DNA from: Alphaproteobacteria bacterium
Lineage (GTDB): Bacteria; Pseudomonadota; Alphaproteobacteria; GCA-2731375
DNA length: 64,000 nucleotides
NCBI GenBank assembly: GCA_965238305.1
Contig: CBDEHK010000001.1
Location: forward strand, 893,717 to 957,716
Reading direction: 5' to 3'
Shown here: positions 39,887 through 50,283 of the stretch, piece by piece
Position numbering within the stretch: position 1 is the first letter of the stretch
How the letters are laid out: each line of letters opens with the position of its first letter
Program-made: the position numbers and the translations under genes
The notes under the pieces: model-generated
What the model was told of the DNA's origin: nothing
What the model saw: only the letters and a program-made list of their open reading frames with translations
The model's database searches: none

Positions 39887-41011
39887 TCAGCGCCGACTAA
39901 CGGCTTCGCCATCCAGGAAAAACAGCGTCTTCTTGCCGAAACCCTTGATGTCATAGTCGCCACGTTCGGTAAAAATAAAATCATCGCGCAACAGATCACG
40001 GGTTTCTTCCGTCAGGGTGATCTGCATCGGTTCGGAATGAAACTCCATCCGTGCCGCTAGGTTCACGCCCGGGCCAAAAATATCATAGACATATTTCTGT
40101 ACACCCACGATCGACCCGATCATCGACCCGGTATTGATGCCGATGCGGCACTGCCAGGGTTCCGGATGCGCGATGTTGCGACGCTCAATATAGCGTTTCA
40201 TACGTAGGGCTACTTTTGCCACATTGTGGGCATGGTCCGGTGTCGGCTCCGGCAAGCCTGAGACAGCGATATATGCATCGCCAATGGTCTTGATCCGCTC
40301 ACAGCCGAATAGTTCGACAATCCGGTCAAAAGCCGAGAATATATCATTCAATTCGGCGACCAGGGTGCTGGGGTCGCGGGCGACCGACATTTCCGTGAAA
40401 TTCACGAAATCCAACATCACCACGGAAGCAGATTCGACCCGGGTTGGCGTCGTGGTGCCAAAATCCTTCATCTCTTCATAAACCGATTTTGGCATGACGT
40501 TGAGCAGCAGGCGTTCGACACGCTCCTTCTCTCGTTCCAACTCACGGGTGTGTTTTTCGGACATGCTGGCATAGGACTGCAGCATATATTCCGCTTCCTT
40601 GATTTTAGTGATGTCAAAACATTCGACCAGTATCATGGTGACATCGCCGAGCGTTAGATTACGCATTTCGACGCGAATTGGGGTCGAGCGCGCGCCGTCT
40701 TTGATTTCGCGTTCAAATTTGTAAGGCCGGTTTTTACTCAGTCGATCTATCGCCCGCATATCTTCAAACTTGCTGATCCGCCGATCCAAGATTTCGTCCT
40801 GATCCGACAGGGTCGGGAACCATTGAAAGAACTTGCCGTTTTCGCTGATTATCTTCCAGGTTTCAGGTTCAACAATAGCCACCCCGACATTCAGGCTTTG
40901 CAGGACCTGTACTGACTGCAGATCGCTACCGGGGGCTTCTGTTTCGCTATCCATGTCTACTACGTCCGTCATCACTGCCTCTTCCATACCGTAAGCTGTT
41001 GCGCCGCGCAT
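39887..41011 (-). CDS. Adenylate/guanylate cyclase (class III) with N-terminal PAS-like region
   Basis: LDFVNFT, IKTIGDAY, RIGINTG, YDIFG..VNLAARME; start may be 40987 or 40972. Confidence 0.9.
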   Translation of the reverse strand: MRGATAYGMEEAVMTDVVDMDSETEAPGSDLQSVQVLQSLNVGVAIVEPETWKIISENGKFFQWFPTLSDQDEILDRRISKFEDMRAIDRLSKNRPYKFEREIKDGARSTPIRVEMRNLTLGDVTMILVECFDITKIKEAEYMLQSYASMSEKHTRELEREKERVERLLLNVMPKSVYEEMKDFGTTTPTRVESASVVMLDFVNFTEMSVARDPSTLVAELNDIFSAFDRIVELFGCERIKTIGDAYIAVSGLPEPTPDHAHNVAKVALRMKRYIERRNIAHPEPWQCRIGINTGSMIGSIVGVQKYVYDIFGPGVNLAARMEFHSEPMQITLTEETRDLLRDDFIFTERGDYDIKGFGKKTLFFLDGEAVSRR

Positions 41012-41020
41012 TGTTGCCGA

Positions 41021-41380
41021 TTATTGCGAGATTACATAGCGGCTTCGTGCAACTAGTTCTTGTTCAACAGCCCGGATGTCATCTTCGTCGAAATCGAAGT
41101 CTTCCAAAGTTTCGCGGAATAGCTCCGCCATTTCGGAAAATGCGTTTTCGTCAATATTTAGCTGCGCATGCACGCGCTTCAATTCCGCGTCTGAATAACT
41201 CGCTGGACCGCCCATCAAAGAAGCAATGAACTTGGTTTGATGGTCGATGACGCGCTGCATATTGGCGGTTGCAAAATAGGGCGATAAAATATCCGAATCC
41301 AATGCTTTGTCATAGAAGGCGGAGACCACCCGACTAACGCTGACAAAGCCTCCGTATCTTTCAAACATGCTTGCATTCAT
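41021..41380 (-). CDS. Group 1 truncated hemoglobin
   Basis: FERYGG...VSAFY, HQTKF...MGGP..Y, VHAQLNI. Confidence 0.9.
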   Translation of the reverse strand: MNASMFERYGGFVSVSRVVSAFYDKALDSDILSPYFATANMQRVIDHQTKFIASLMGGPASYSDAELKRVHAQLNIDENAFSEMAELFRETLEDFDFDEDDIRAVEQELVARSRYVISQ

Positions 41381-41572
41381 AGTGTTCTCCAACTCGGGTT
41401 ATATTTAATAAAAAAGCGGGCCCGGGACAGTCGTTCAATCGACAAGACCGTTGGCAACCAAATAGATCGCGAACGCCAAGCATTCGGGTCCACCGGAATT
41501 GCTTTTCGCGACTGCCCCAGGCACCGTCATTTTGCTGAATATCTTTGCCCTTCTTCACGTGACTTACGATAT

Positions 41573-42556
41573 TTAGCAAAAATCTATAGAAACTTCTTCG
41601 ATTTTCTCGATCCCCTTCGGATCCAGCATGGCGACGGTCGCCAAAAAATTTTCATGTGTCATCCCAGCGCCTAAAAATGCCCACCGGCTGGCCTGTGTCT
41701 GTACCGCCATCAACTCTTTTCGCTCATGATTGGGGAGCTGCCGCCGGGATATGTTTTCCAGTGTCTGAATGTCCAGCTCGACCTGGCGCACCAAGACCGC
41801 GTCGAAATGTCGAATGAGGCCAAGATATTCGTCGATGGCATGGGTAATTTCCGATTTCGTACAATGTTTTGCCAATGTCTCAATAATCAAAGTGTCTAGT
41901 TTGGCATGCTGCGCTTCTTCAAGCCAATGCGCCTTCAGCATTTCTTTGAACACCGGATCCATCTGATTTTCGTCGCGGACGCTTTCGGTGTAGTGGGTTT
42001 GTGATAACCACTCGATGTGCAGGATCGTCAGACAAACCGCCAGCGGATGATGTGTGAGGACAAGCAAGCGCAATTCTTCGGCCGAGACGGCGAGCGAAAA
42101 CGAGACAGGAAAAGCCTTTTCAATTACGGCTTGGAAGGTATTGAATAGCTGAATATGTTTAGCTTCGTTATTGGCGAAAGCTAAAATCGCGCGGGTTCGG
42201 TTATCGTCACCGGTCAAGCGACTTCTTGCGTGATCGAGGATGAATGGCAGGATAAATTCTTCGACCATGGCGAAGTAGCTGACATAAGCGTACCCTCGAA
42301 TTTGGTTCAGCCAACGTTTTTCCTGATCGTTCAAGCAAGAGACGATGTCGGTCCGGACCAAGATTTCGGGCAGAAACGGTCGATCGAAATCAAGCTGTTT
42401 TTTGCCACCGATCAAATCTTCAATTTTCCAGGCCACTTGCACCGACCCGGAAAGAGCTGATTCATAGGAATAATTGTGATCGCCGGGTGAAGTGTTCAAC
42501 TGCAGCATAAGGGCTGTCCGATCGTCTTGGTATGTTGTTCGTTGTCTGCAATTCAA
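41573..42556 (-). CDS. Ferritin-like diiron oxygenase (AurF-like)
   Basis: VEEFI, EAKH, HIE, HWLEEAQH. Confidence 0.78.
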   Translation of the reverse strand: MNCRQRTTYQDDRTALMLQLNTSPGDHNYSYESALSGSVQVAWKIEDLIGGKKQLDFDRPFLPEILVRTDIVSCLNDQEKRWLNQIRGYAYVSYFAMVEEFILPFILDHARSRLTGDDNRTRAILAFANNEAKHIQLFNTFQAVIEKAFPVSFSLAVSAEELRLLVLTHHPLAVCLTILHIEWLSQTHYTESVRDENQMDPVFKEMLKAHWLEEAQHAKLDTLIIETLAKHCTKSEITHAIDEYLGLIRHFDAVLVRQVELDIQTLENISRRQLPNHERKELMAVQTQASRWAFLGAGMTHENFLATVAMLDPKGIEKIEEVSIDFC

Positions 42557-42784
42557 TATGGGGAGGCATCATGTAATACAGCGTTTGATTTTGCGTGGAA
42601 ATTACGCCTTTAGCGTGGAATTTGTTCTTTGACCGGCGGAATGCACCTAGACAAATTTGCCTAGAGTCGAGTTTGCCTAGCAAGACTTATAGGAAACGTT
42701 AAATAATTTCAAAGCCTTACGAGGAATTTCACGCTGGCATCGTCTTTGCTTGTTGAATTGAGTGATTAATTTTATGAAAAATCC

Positions 42785-43033
42785 GTGAGGCCGCCCTTGA
42801 CACAATCATCATCGATATTGGATCCGGACTGTTTAGAGCAGACGGCAAATTTGCTTTTCCAGTTTTTTGGCAATCAGGCCCCGGTCTTAGCCCGGCGCTG
42901 CGCCAGCGATCTTCGTCGCAAAGGACAGGACGAAGTTGCGAATGAATGGGAACTGGTTTCCCTAAGAGCGTTGGCATTGATCGAAACACCCGATCACTGG
43001 GCTTATTGTCAGAACTCTGGGGAGTTTAATTGA
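42785..43033 (+). CDS. Small hypothetical protein
   Basis: 82-aa ORF filling an intergenic gap; no motif recognised. Confidence 0.35.
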   Translation: MRPPLTQSSSILDPDCLEQTANLLFQFFGNQAPVLARRCASDLRRKGQDEVANEWELVSLRALALIETPDHWAYCQNSGEFN

Positions 43034-43059
43034 CCGCTAATCGGGCCAATCCGACCTCA

Positions 43060-44388
43060 TCAAAGATTGGCCATGGCCCGATCGATCATTTTTTCCGACA
43101 TCTCAAATTCAACGTCGTTGAACCGACTTAGTGTTTCCACCTGATTGACAATCCATTTCGGTTGAAAGCGTGCGGCTTCGGCTATTCCGGCATCGAAATA
43201 AGTCGTATATAGGTAGTCGATTATGCCGCGAATTTGTTCTTCATTGTAGCTGGGAAGTTCCTTCGACAGGATAAACTCGAACTCTTCACGATCCGGGGGA
43301 CCGAAGGTGATTTTATAGCGTATCCGTCGTCTAGTTGCGGCATCGAACAATTGATCGGTATCGAGATTAGTCGAAAACACCACAAATGCATCAAATGGTA
43401 CCTGGAAGGTGCCGCCAGTTGCCAGACTAAGATAATCGTGACCTTCTTCCAACGGGATAATCCAACGATTGAGAATTTCTTCCGGCCGGATAGACTGGCG
43501 GCCGAAATCGTCAATCACAATAATGCCGCTGTTTGCTTTCAATTGGTGCGAAGCATTGTAAGTGCGGGCCATAGAATTATAGGTCAGATCCAGCATTTCA
43601 AGACTAAGCTCGCCGCCCGTAACAACGATTGGCCGGTGGCAAGCAACCCAACGTTCATCGGTGATGTCGCCGCGTTTGCCGTTCGCTTCCTCCGTCGTAC
43701 TGCCAAGATCGACCATTCGATGGACGGTTGGATCGTATACCCGAATGATTTCTTCCCCGACCGTCATCGCGTAAGGGACATAAATTGTATCGTTGTACAT
43801 TTCGACGATTGACCTAGCGACCAACGACTTGCCGTTTCCCGGTGGTCCAAAAAACAGACAGGAATGGCCTTCGACGATCGCCGGTCCGATGGCGTCCAGC
43901 ATGCCGTCCGAAATTGAAAGATGTTCCAGGCCGCCGCGAATTCGATTGATATCGAGATCTTCATTGCGCAAGGATTGGTGGCCAATTTGGTTACGATAAT
44001 CGGTCAAACAAACCGGCGCCGGGCCGATATAGCGGTCGAGTTCCAATTCGTCTGCTGCCGCTCTGCGGCCTATATGGCTTAACTTATAGCGCATGGTCCC
44101 GGTCGTATTACCTTCACTGCCCAGTTTATCGACATAATCCAAGTCTTCGATAAAGCGCATCGCGCGGGCCAGGACAAGCGGCGGCAATTTTAGGAACTGC
44201 GAAATATCCGGCAGCGTTTCGTGGCCAAAGGCATTCATCGTTTTCAAAATTAAGCCGGTGACCTGGCGCAGCGAAAGACCGGTACTTTCGAAGGTCCTTG
44301 GCGCCAGGGGTATATCACTACTCTCAACCGCTTCTACGATTGTTTGCCGTTCTGGTTCGACGCCAGATTTAGGTCCAATGCTTCTCAT
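43060..44388 (-). CDS. AAA+ ATPase
   Basis: FGPPGNGKS, GGEL, IDDFGRQ, LNRWIIPLE, FSTNL, RRIRYKI. Confidence 0.85.
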   Translation of the reverse strand: MRSIGPKSGVEPERQTIVEAVESSDIPLAPRTFESTGLSLRQVTGLILKTMNAFGHETLPDISQFLKLPPLVLARAMRFIEDLDYVDKLGSEGNTTGTMRYKLSHIGRRAAADELELDRYIGPAPVCLTDYRNQIGHQSLRNEDLDINRIRGGLEHLSISDGMLDAIGPAIVEGHSCLFFGPPGNGKSLVARSIVEMYNDTIYVPYAMTVGEEIIRVYDPTVHRMVDLGSTTEEANGKRGDITDERWVACHRPIVVTGGELSLEMLDLTYNSMARTYNASHQLKANSGIIVIDDFGRQSIRPEEILNRWIIPLEEGHDYLSLATGGTFQVPFDAFVVFSTNLDTDQLFDAATRRRIRYKITFGPPDREEFEFILSKELPSYNEEQIRGIIDYLYTTYFDAGIAEAARFQPKWIVNQVETLSRFNDVEFEMSEKMIDRAMANL

Positions 44389-44495
44389 GCCACATTATGC
44401 CCAATCAAAATTGCAACTACTAATGTTTTAATCGGCGAATAGCCCGCAATCAACATCTATTCCGAAATAAGAACAATTGGCTGATGCAGCAACGC

Positions 44496-45269
44496 CTAAT
44501 AATCGACAAACTGATCAACCGCTTCGCGATTATATCCTTCGCTAGCTAATAGTAATTGTTGCGTATATCCTTCTTTTGTTTGCCCTTGACGCAAGTTATC
44601 ACGGCTCATTTCCTCGACAAAAAGCCCTCTATTCATAACCGCAATACGTTCGCAAAGATGGCCGACGACAGCCAAATCATGACTAACCATGATATAGGTG
44701 AGGCCATGTTCCAGCCGCAGTCGTTTCAGCAAATTAAGAATTTCTGCCTGCACCGATACATCAAGGGCGCTGGTCGGTTCATCCAACAAAACAATCCGTG
44801 GTTCTAGGATCAGGACCCGCGCAATGGCGATGCGCTGGCGTTGGCCGCCGGATAATTGATGCGGATAGCGGAAGCGGAACGCCGGCCCCAGGCCAACTTC
44901 TTCCAGCGCTTTCAAAATACGCGTTTCTTTATTGTCGAGACGATGAATGATCAACGGCTCTTTCAGAATGTCGTTGACGGTATGACGGGGATGAAGGGAG
45001 CCATATGGATCTTGAAACACCATTTGGACCCGGCGATAAAATGCCGCATTGCGTTTTTGGCCTAAAACTTCTCCGGCTACCACCATCTCACCGGTCCAAG
45101 TTTTTGTTAATCCGGATATAGCGCGCAAAACGGTCGATTTCCCGGATCCGGATTCGCCCACCAATCCGAAACTTTCGCCTTCTTGGACCTGAAAAGAGAC
45201 CCCGCGCACCGCATGAACGGCCCGCTTAGCAAGGCCGAAAGTGACGGTCAAATTGTTAATCCGGATCAT
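44496..45269 (-). CDS. Dpp/Opp ABC transporter ATP-binding protein
   Basis: GESGSGKST, YPHQLSGGQRQR, DEPTSALD. Confidence 0.93.
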   Translation of the reverse strand: MIRINNLTVTFGLAKRAVHAVRGVSFQVQEGESFGLVGESGSGKSTVLRAISGLTKTWTGEMVVAGEVLGQKRNAAFYRRVQMVFQDPYGSLHPRHTVNDILKEPLIIHRLDNKETRILKALEEVGLGPAFRFRYPHQLSGGQRQRIAIARVLILEPRIVLLDEPTSALDVSVQAEILNLLKRLRLEHGLTYIMVSHDLAVVGHLCERIAVMNRGLFVEEMSRDNLRQGQTKEGYTQQLLLASEGYNREAVDQFVDY

Positions 45270-46132
45270 ATCGCTTGGTCCCTCACGTCCAACCAGGCAG
45301 GATCTCGTTGCATGACCGCTAAATCTTCCTCTCCGCCATCCAGCCGTGGCAAGCATGACATCAATCCTTGCGTATAGGGATGTTGGGCTTCGGATAGTTT
45401 GTTGGCATCAAGGGTTTCCATCACTTGTCCGCCATACATGACAACGACCCGGTCGCAAAAACTGGCGACCAGATTAAGGTCGTGGCTGATGAAGATCAGG
45501 CCCATCCCCTGCTCGCGCACCATGTCGTCTAGGATCGCCAGGACTTGCAATTGAATTGTGACGTCTAACGCGCTGGTCGGCTCATCGGCGATGATCAGGT
45601 CGGGTTCGGGGATCAGCATCATCGCAATCATGATGCGTTGTCCCATGCCGCCGGAAACTTCGTGCGGATACAGGCGATATACTTTTTCTGGCTCGCGAAT
45701 ACGGACCCGGTACAGCATTTCGATCGCCCGTTCGCGCGCTTCCGCGCGCCTGGCGCGCGTGTGGACCATGTAAGCTTCGGCAATTTGATGTCCGACCGTC
45801 ATCACCGGATTGAGCGAATATCGCGGATCCTGCATGATCATCGAAATGCGATCGCCGCGAATCGCACGCATGGTGCGTCGGCTAGCTTTCTTTAGGTCAA
45901 TGCCGTCGAAATCCAATTTGTCGGCAGTAATTTTTGCATTGTGGCCATTGAGATCGAGAATGGCGCGTCCGGTCTGCGACTTGCCGGAACCGGATTCCCC
46001 GACGATGCCAAGGCGCTCCTGACCGACATCGAAACTAACCCCGCGCACCGCTTCGACAACGCCCTGCGGGGTGGTAAATGAGACCGATAAATTACGGATT
46101 GAGAGCAGCGGATCGTTCGGCGCCATGGTCAT
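45266..46132 (-). CDS. Dpp/Opp ABC transporter ATP-binding protein
   Basis: GESGSGKS, YPHEVSGGMGQR, HPYT. Confidence 0.93.
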   Translation of the reverse strand: MTMAPNDPLLSIRNLSVSFTTPQGVVEAVRGVSFDVGQERLGIVGESGSGKSQTGRAILDLNGHNAKITADKLDFDGIDLKKASRRTMRAIRGDRISMIMQDPRYSLNPVMTVGHQIAEAYMVHTRARRAEARERAIEMLYRVRIREPEKVYRLYPHEVSGGMGQRIMIAMMLIPEPDLIIADEPTSALDVTIQLQVLAILDDMVREQGMGLIFISHDLNLVASFCDRVVVMYGGQVMETLDANKLSEAQHPYTQGLMSCLPRLDGGEEDLAVMQRDPAWLDVRDQAI

Positions 46133-47055
46133 TTCCCGCTTCTGGGGTCAAGGACGTCGCGCAGGCCATCGCCTAACAAGTTGAAGCCCATGGACACAGT
46201 CAAAATAGCCAAGCCCGGAAACGCGGCGACCCACCATTGATCCAACATGTATTGCCGGCCGGTGGAAATCATCACCCCCCATTCCGGCAATGGCGGTTGC
46301 GCGCCCAGGCCCAGGAAACCGAGACCGGCAGCGATCAAGATGATGCCCGCCATATCCAGAGTCAGGCGCACGATCACGCTGGAGATACATAAAGGGACAA
46401 TATGATAGACCAGGATACGACTGGTCGATGCCGCCTGCACACGGGCCGCCAGAATATGTTCCGAATTGCGGATCGTCAGGGTTTCCGCCCGGGCAATTCT
46501 GGCAAAAGGCGACCAGGTCGTAATAGCAATCGCCAGCACCGCATTTTCCAACCCCGGGCCCAAAGCTGAAACAAACGCCAAGGCCAGGATCAAACGTGGA
46601 AACGCCAGAAATATATCGGTGAAGCGCATCAGCACTGTGTCGACCCAACCGCCGACATAACCGGCGACGGTGCCGATCAACAACCCGATGGGCACGACCG
46701 TGATGCCGACCAGGCCAACAATATAGAGGGTGATGCGGGAGCCCCAGATAATCCGGTCAAAAATGTCCCGGCCTAATTCGTCGGTGCCGAACCAGTGCGC
46801 CATACTTGGCGGCTGCAGTCTACCGGGCAGATCTTGCGTTGTCCCGTCGCCGCTGGTGACAATCGGTGCCAGGACCGCCAAGACAAGCAAAACGGCAATG
46901 ATAATCAGTCCAATCATGGCGATAGGATTGGCGGAAAAACTTAGCCAGGCCAGGTAAAGCCGCTGGCAGCGCGCTTGCCATATCGATGCGGGCGTTTCCG
47001 AAAGCAACCAGGCGCGCAGGCCGTCTTTGTTATTCTTGTTGGGCGTTGTGGTCAT
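46129..47055 (-). CDS. Dpp/Opp ABC transporter permease (DppC-like)
   Basis: HWFGTDELGRD, LGFLGLGAQPPLPEWG, GDGLRDVLDP. Confidence 0.93.
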   Translation of the reverse strand: MTTTPNKNNKDGLRAWLLSETPASIWQARCQRLYLAWLSFSANPIAMIGLIIIAVLLVLAVLAPIVTSGDGTTQDLPGRLQPPSMAHWFGTDELGRDIFDRIIWGSRITLYIVGLVGITVVPIGLLIGTVAGYVGGWVDTVLMRFTDIFLAFPRLILALAFVSALGPGLENAVLAIAITTWSPFARIARAETLTIRNSEHILAARVQAASTSRILVYHIVPLCISSVIVRLTLDMAGIILIAAGLGFLGLGAQPPLPEWGVMISTGRQYMLDQWWVAAFPGLAILTVSMGFNLLGDGLRDVLDPRSGK

Positions 47056-48131
47056 GCACGCGCCCTTGGATCGGCGAAACGATAAAGGATGTCAGATAAC
47101 ATATTGATGCCGACAAAACAGATGCCGACAACCACGGTACCGCCGATGACGGCATTCATATCTGCGTTGAATAGGGAGGCGGTAATGTATTGGCCAATGC
47201 CCGGCCAGGCGAAAATGGTCTCTGTCAGGACCGAGCCTTCCAGCAACGAAGCGTACGTCAGGCCGATGATCGTTATCAGCTGCACCAGCACATTCTTAAA
47301 GGCGTGGCGCCAAATAACGCTGAATTCAGACAAGCCCTTGACCCGGGCGGTCAGGACGAATTCCTGACTTAACTGATCGAGCATGAAACTGCGGGTCATG
47401 CGGGCGATATAGGCAAGGGCGAAGGTGGCTAGAACCGCCGAGGGCAGCACCAGATGCGCCGCCGCGTTCTTGAAGATTTCCCATTCGCCTTGCAAGGCGC
47501 TATCCAATAGGATGATACCGCTTCGATGTTCGACAATGCCATCATAATACACATCGATACGGCCTGGTCCCGGGAACCAATCGAGGCGGGCGTAAAATAC
47601 CAGCAGCGCCATCAGGCCAAGCCAGAAGATCGGCACCGAATAACCAAAAAGGCCGACGATCCGCACCAGATGATCAATCCAGCGGCCTTGATTGACGGCG
47701 GCCAAGACACCCATCGGCACGCCCAGAAATAGCCCGATAATTGTCGCAATTGTCGCCAGTTCAAGGGTTGCCGGGAAAAACCGGATAATATCGTCCAGCA
47801 CATCTCGCGATGTCATGATCGACTTGCCCAGATCTCCTTGTAAAACTTGGCCAAGATAGATGAAATATTGCTGTATTATCGGTTTATCGAGACCGAGTTG
47901 GTGATAAACCAGATCATAGGTTTCCTGATTGGCGCGGTCGCCGACAATGGCGAGGACCGGATCAGCCGGCATCACCCGGCCAATAATGAAGGTGATGGCG
48001 GTTAATCCGATAAACGTTAAAGCGATGGTTAGGAAGAAGTTCGCGGTTTTTTTGACGGCAACCGGTATGGCCGGAGAAGAAGGGGACGGACTATTGTCCG
48101 CCCCCTCAGCTTTGGTGGTTTTATTCGTCAC
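47052..48131 (-). CDS. Dpp/Opp ABC transporter permease (DppB-like)
   Basis: GDLGKS, FPATLEL, TARVKGL, ETIFAWPGIG. Confidence 0.93.
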   Translation of the reverse strand: MTNKTTKAEGADNSPSPSSPAIPVAVKKTANFFLTIALTFIGLTAITFIIGRVMPADPVLAIVGDRANQETYDLVYHQLGLDKPIIQQYFIYLGQVLQGDLGKSIMTSRDVLDDIIRFFPATLELATIATIIGLFLGVPMGVLAAVNQGRWIDHLVRIVGLFGYSVPIFWLGLMALLVFYARLDWFPGPGRIDVYYDGIVEHRSGIILLDSALQGEWEIFKNAAAHLVLPSAVLATFALAYIARMTRSFMLDQLSQEFVLTARVKGLSEFSVIWRHAFKNVLVQLITIIGLTYASLLEGSVLTETIFAWPGIGQYITASLFNADMNAVIGGTVVVGICFVGINMLSDILYRFADPRARA

Positions 48132-48146
48132 TTTATATATCGTCTG

Positions 48147-49760
48147 TTATTTGCTCACATTGCGATAGAAGACCAAATCGAAATTGGCCCCGCTGACATA
48201 ACCTTTGACATTTTTACGAAGTGCCGTCTGTTGGGTTTTTTGGAACATCATGACAAAGTTCGAATTCGTTTGAACCTCGTGTTGCAGATCCAAGTACATC
48301 TGTTTGCGCTTCACCAAGTCCAGTTCCGCCGCCGCCGCTTCAGTTGCAGCGGTGACTTTTTTGTCAAAGTAACCAGTGCGCCAAGCTGGCTTTCCGGTCA
48401 ACTTCGCTTCGTCGCGATTATCTGGATTGTGGGCGAAAGCATCCGCATTGGAATGCGGATCTACATAGTCCGGAGACCAATAGGCAATAATCATATCATG
48501 CTTGCGCGCCCGGTACATCGGCCAAAGCGTTTTGCCTTCCGACAAAACAATCTCCGTGTCGATGCCAATTTTTGACAGCGACTGCTGAATAGATTGGGCG
48601 ATATCCGAAAAAGGTGGATTTGTTAGTGTCGCAATCTGTAGTTTTGTGCCCGATGCACCAGCACTGTCGACCAAGCCTTTTGCTTTGTCCAGATCGAGAG
48701 AGAAGTGGTTTTTTTCATACGCACCCCATAATCCTGCGGGCCAAAACGACTGATGTACCTTGTATTGTCCGGCCAGGAATGAATTTTCCATCCCTTTGTA
48801 GTCGATCGCATAACGGATCGCCTCTTTGACTTGAGGTTTTGCGAGTGCTGGGTTTTTGCTATTGAGCGCGATATAGTATAGCGACGCCTTCGGGTAATTT
48901 CCGACCACAACATCGCTGTTGCCAGCCAATCCCTTAATCTGATCTGGCGTTAAATCACGGGCCAAATCGACGTCGCCTTTTTCAATCAATAGGCGTTGCG
49001 CCGACGGTTCCGCGACGTGGCGCAGAATGACACGCTTCATTTTAGGTTCGCCATGGCGATAAACGCTGTTGGCTTCCATCATGATCAACTCGTTGGCTTT
49101 CCATGTCTTCAGGCTATAGGCGCCGGACGCCGCGGAATGGTTTTTTAACCAAGCGTACCCCATATCGCCGTCTTTGGCGTTTGCTTCGACGGTTTTCATG
49201 TCGACGACGGAGCCTACGCCTGCCGACAAAGCGTTCAACAACAGACCTGGCGAGAAAGCCGAATTAATGGTGACCGCTACTGTATCGGGGCCGGTCGCCT
49301 TGATCATAGTGTCGACATTGTCTTTATCCCAACCGAATTGGGTAAAGATAAAGGACGGGGTTTTTTTCAGTTTGATCACCCGCTGCAGCGAATACGCCAC
49401 ATCTTGCGCCGTCACATCGTTGCCGGAATGGAATTTCTGCCCGGCGCGAATTTTGAAGGTGACGGTTTTGCCATCATCCGAGACGCTAAAACTTTCCGCC
49501 ACGCCACCAACCAATTCGGTCAGATTTTCGGGCTCGAACATCATCACCCGATCATAGATATTGGCAATCACTTCGCCACCGGTAAACTCAAACACTTCTG
49601 CCGGATCAAGGGTAATCGTGTCGGAAATATTCTTCGCGTGCACCAGCACGTCATTTGGCGTGCCGGCATTGGCGGACATCGCCCCTGCGGCAATCATGGC
49701 GGCAACCGCGACGCCTGCCAGAAGCGGCGTGGTTGTCAATGAACACTTTCTAAGCTTCAT
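48147..49760 (-). CDS. ABC transporter substrate-binding protein, family 5
   Basis: Signal peptide, TLDPA, KFHSGNDVTAQDVAYSLQR. Confidence 0.93.
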   Translation of the reverse strand: MKLRKCSLTTTPLLAGVAVAAMIAAGAMSANAGTPNDVLVHAKNISDTITLDPAEVFEFTGGEVIANIYDRVMMFEPENLTELVGGVAESFSVSDDGKTVTFKIRAGQKFHSGNDVTAQDVAYSLQRVIKLKKTPSFIFTQFGWDKDNVDTMIKATGPDTVAVTINSAFSPGLLLNALSAGVGSVVDMKTVEANAKDGDMGYAWLKNHSAASGAYSLKTWKANELIMMEANSVYRHGEPKMKRVILRHVAEPSAQRLLIEKGDVDLARDLTPDQIKGLAGNSDVVVGNYPKASLYYIALNSKNPALAKPQVKEAIRYAIDYKGMENSFLAGQYKVHQSFWPAGLWGAYEKNHFSLDLDKAKGLVDSAGASGTKLQIATLTNPPFSDIAQSIQQSLSKIGIDTEIVLSEGKTLWPMYRARKHDMIIAYWSPDYVDPHSNADAFAHNPDNRDEAKLTGKPAWRTGYFDKKVTAATEAAAAELDLVKRKQMYLDLQHEVQTNSNFVMMFQKTQQTALRKNVKGYVSGANFDLVFYRNVSK

Positions 49761-49920
49761 CTCGTCCTCCCTTTTCGGATTTTTAAGTTGGTCAGAGTTT
49801 GGGCCGCTATATTTTTCTTGCTTTGCCCATTTGGTAAACTCAAACTCTACGCTTGGCTTTAGCCAACGGCAAGACCTGAAATATTTTGGCCAGAAAATTC
49901 AATCTGCGTGGAGACGGGAA

Positions 49921-50229
49921 ATGAACAATATCATTTATCTGAATTTTGGCTTTAACAAGACCTGTTTTCGCACCGGTGCGGATGGCCGGCTCACATATCA
50001 TCCCTGGGCCCATTCCGGACCCGGATATCCGATTGACGATCCTCAGACCGAGGTGGAGTTGCGGTGGAAAATCGGCCTGTTGAACGCTTTTTCGCTGTTT
50101 GTAATCCTGCCGCTGATATTTCTGATGTCGTTTATTCTAGGACCGCAGATATGCTTGGTGATGCTGGTTCTGGGCATGGTTGGGGTGTGGTATTATACGC
50201 GTCAGCTTGTGTCCGATTTGCAGCAATGA
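49921..50229 (+). CDS. Small two-TM membrane protein
   Basis: ATG 49921 with purine-rich upstream sequence; two hydrophobic helices. Confidence 0.55.
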   Translation: MNNIIYLNFGFNKTCFRTGADGRLTYHPWAHSGPGYPIDDPQTEVELRWKIGLLNAFSLFVILPLIFLMSFILGPQICLVMLVLGMVGVWYYTRQLVSDLQQ

Positions 50230-50283
50230 CGGTGGAATATTCATAGCGGCAATTATAACTAGTTTGTTGACGAAGGAGCCGGA

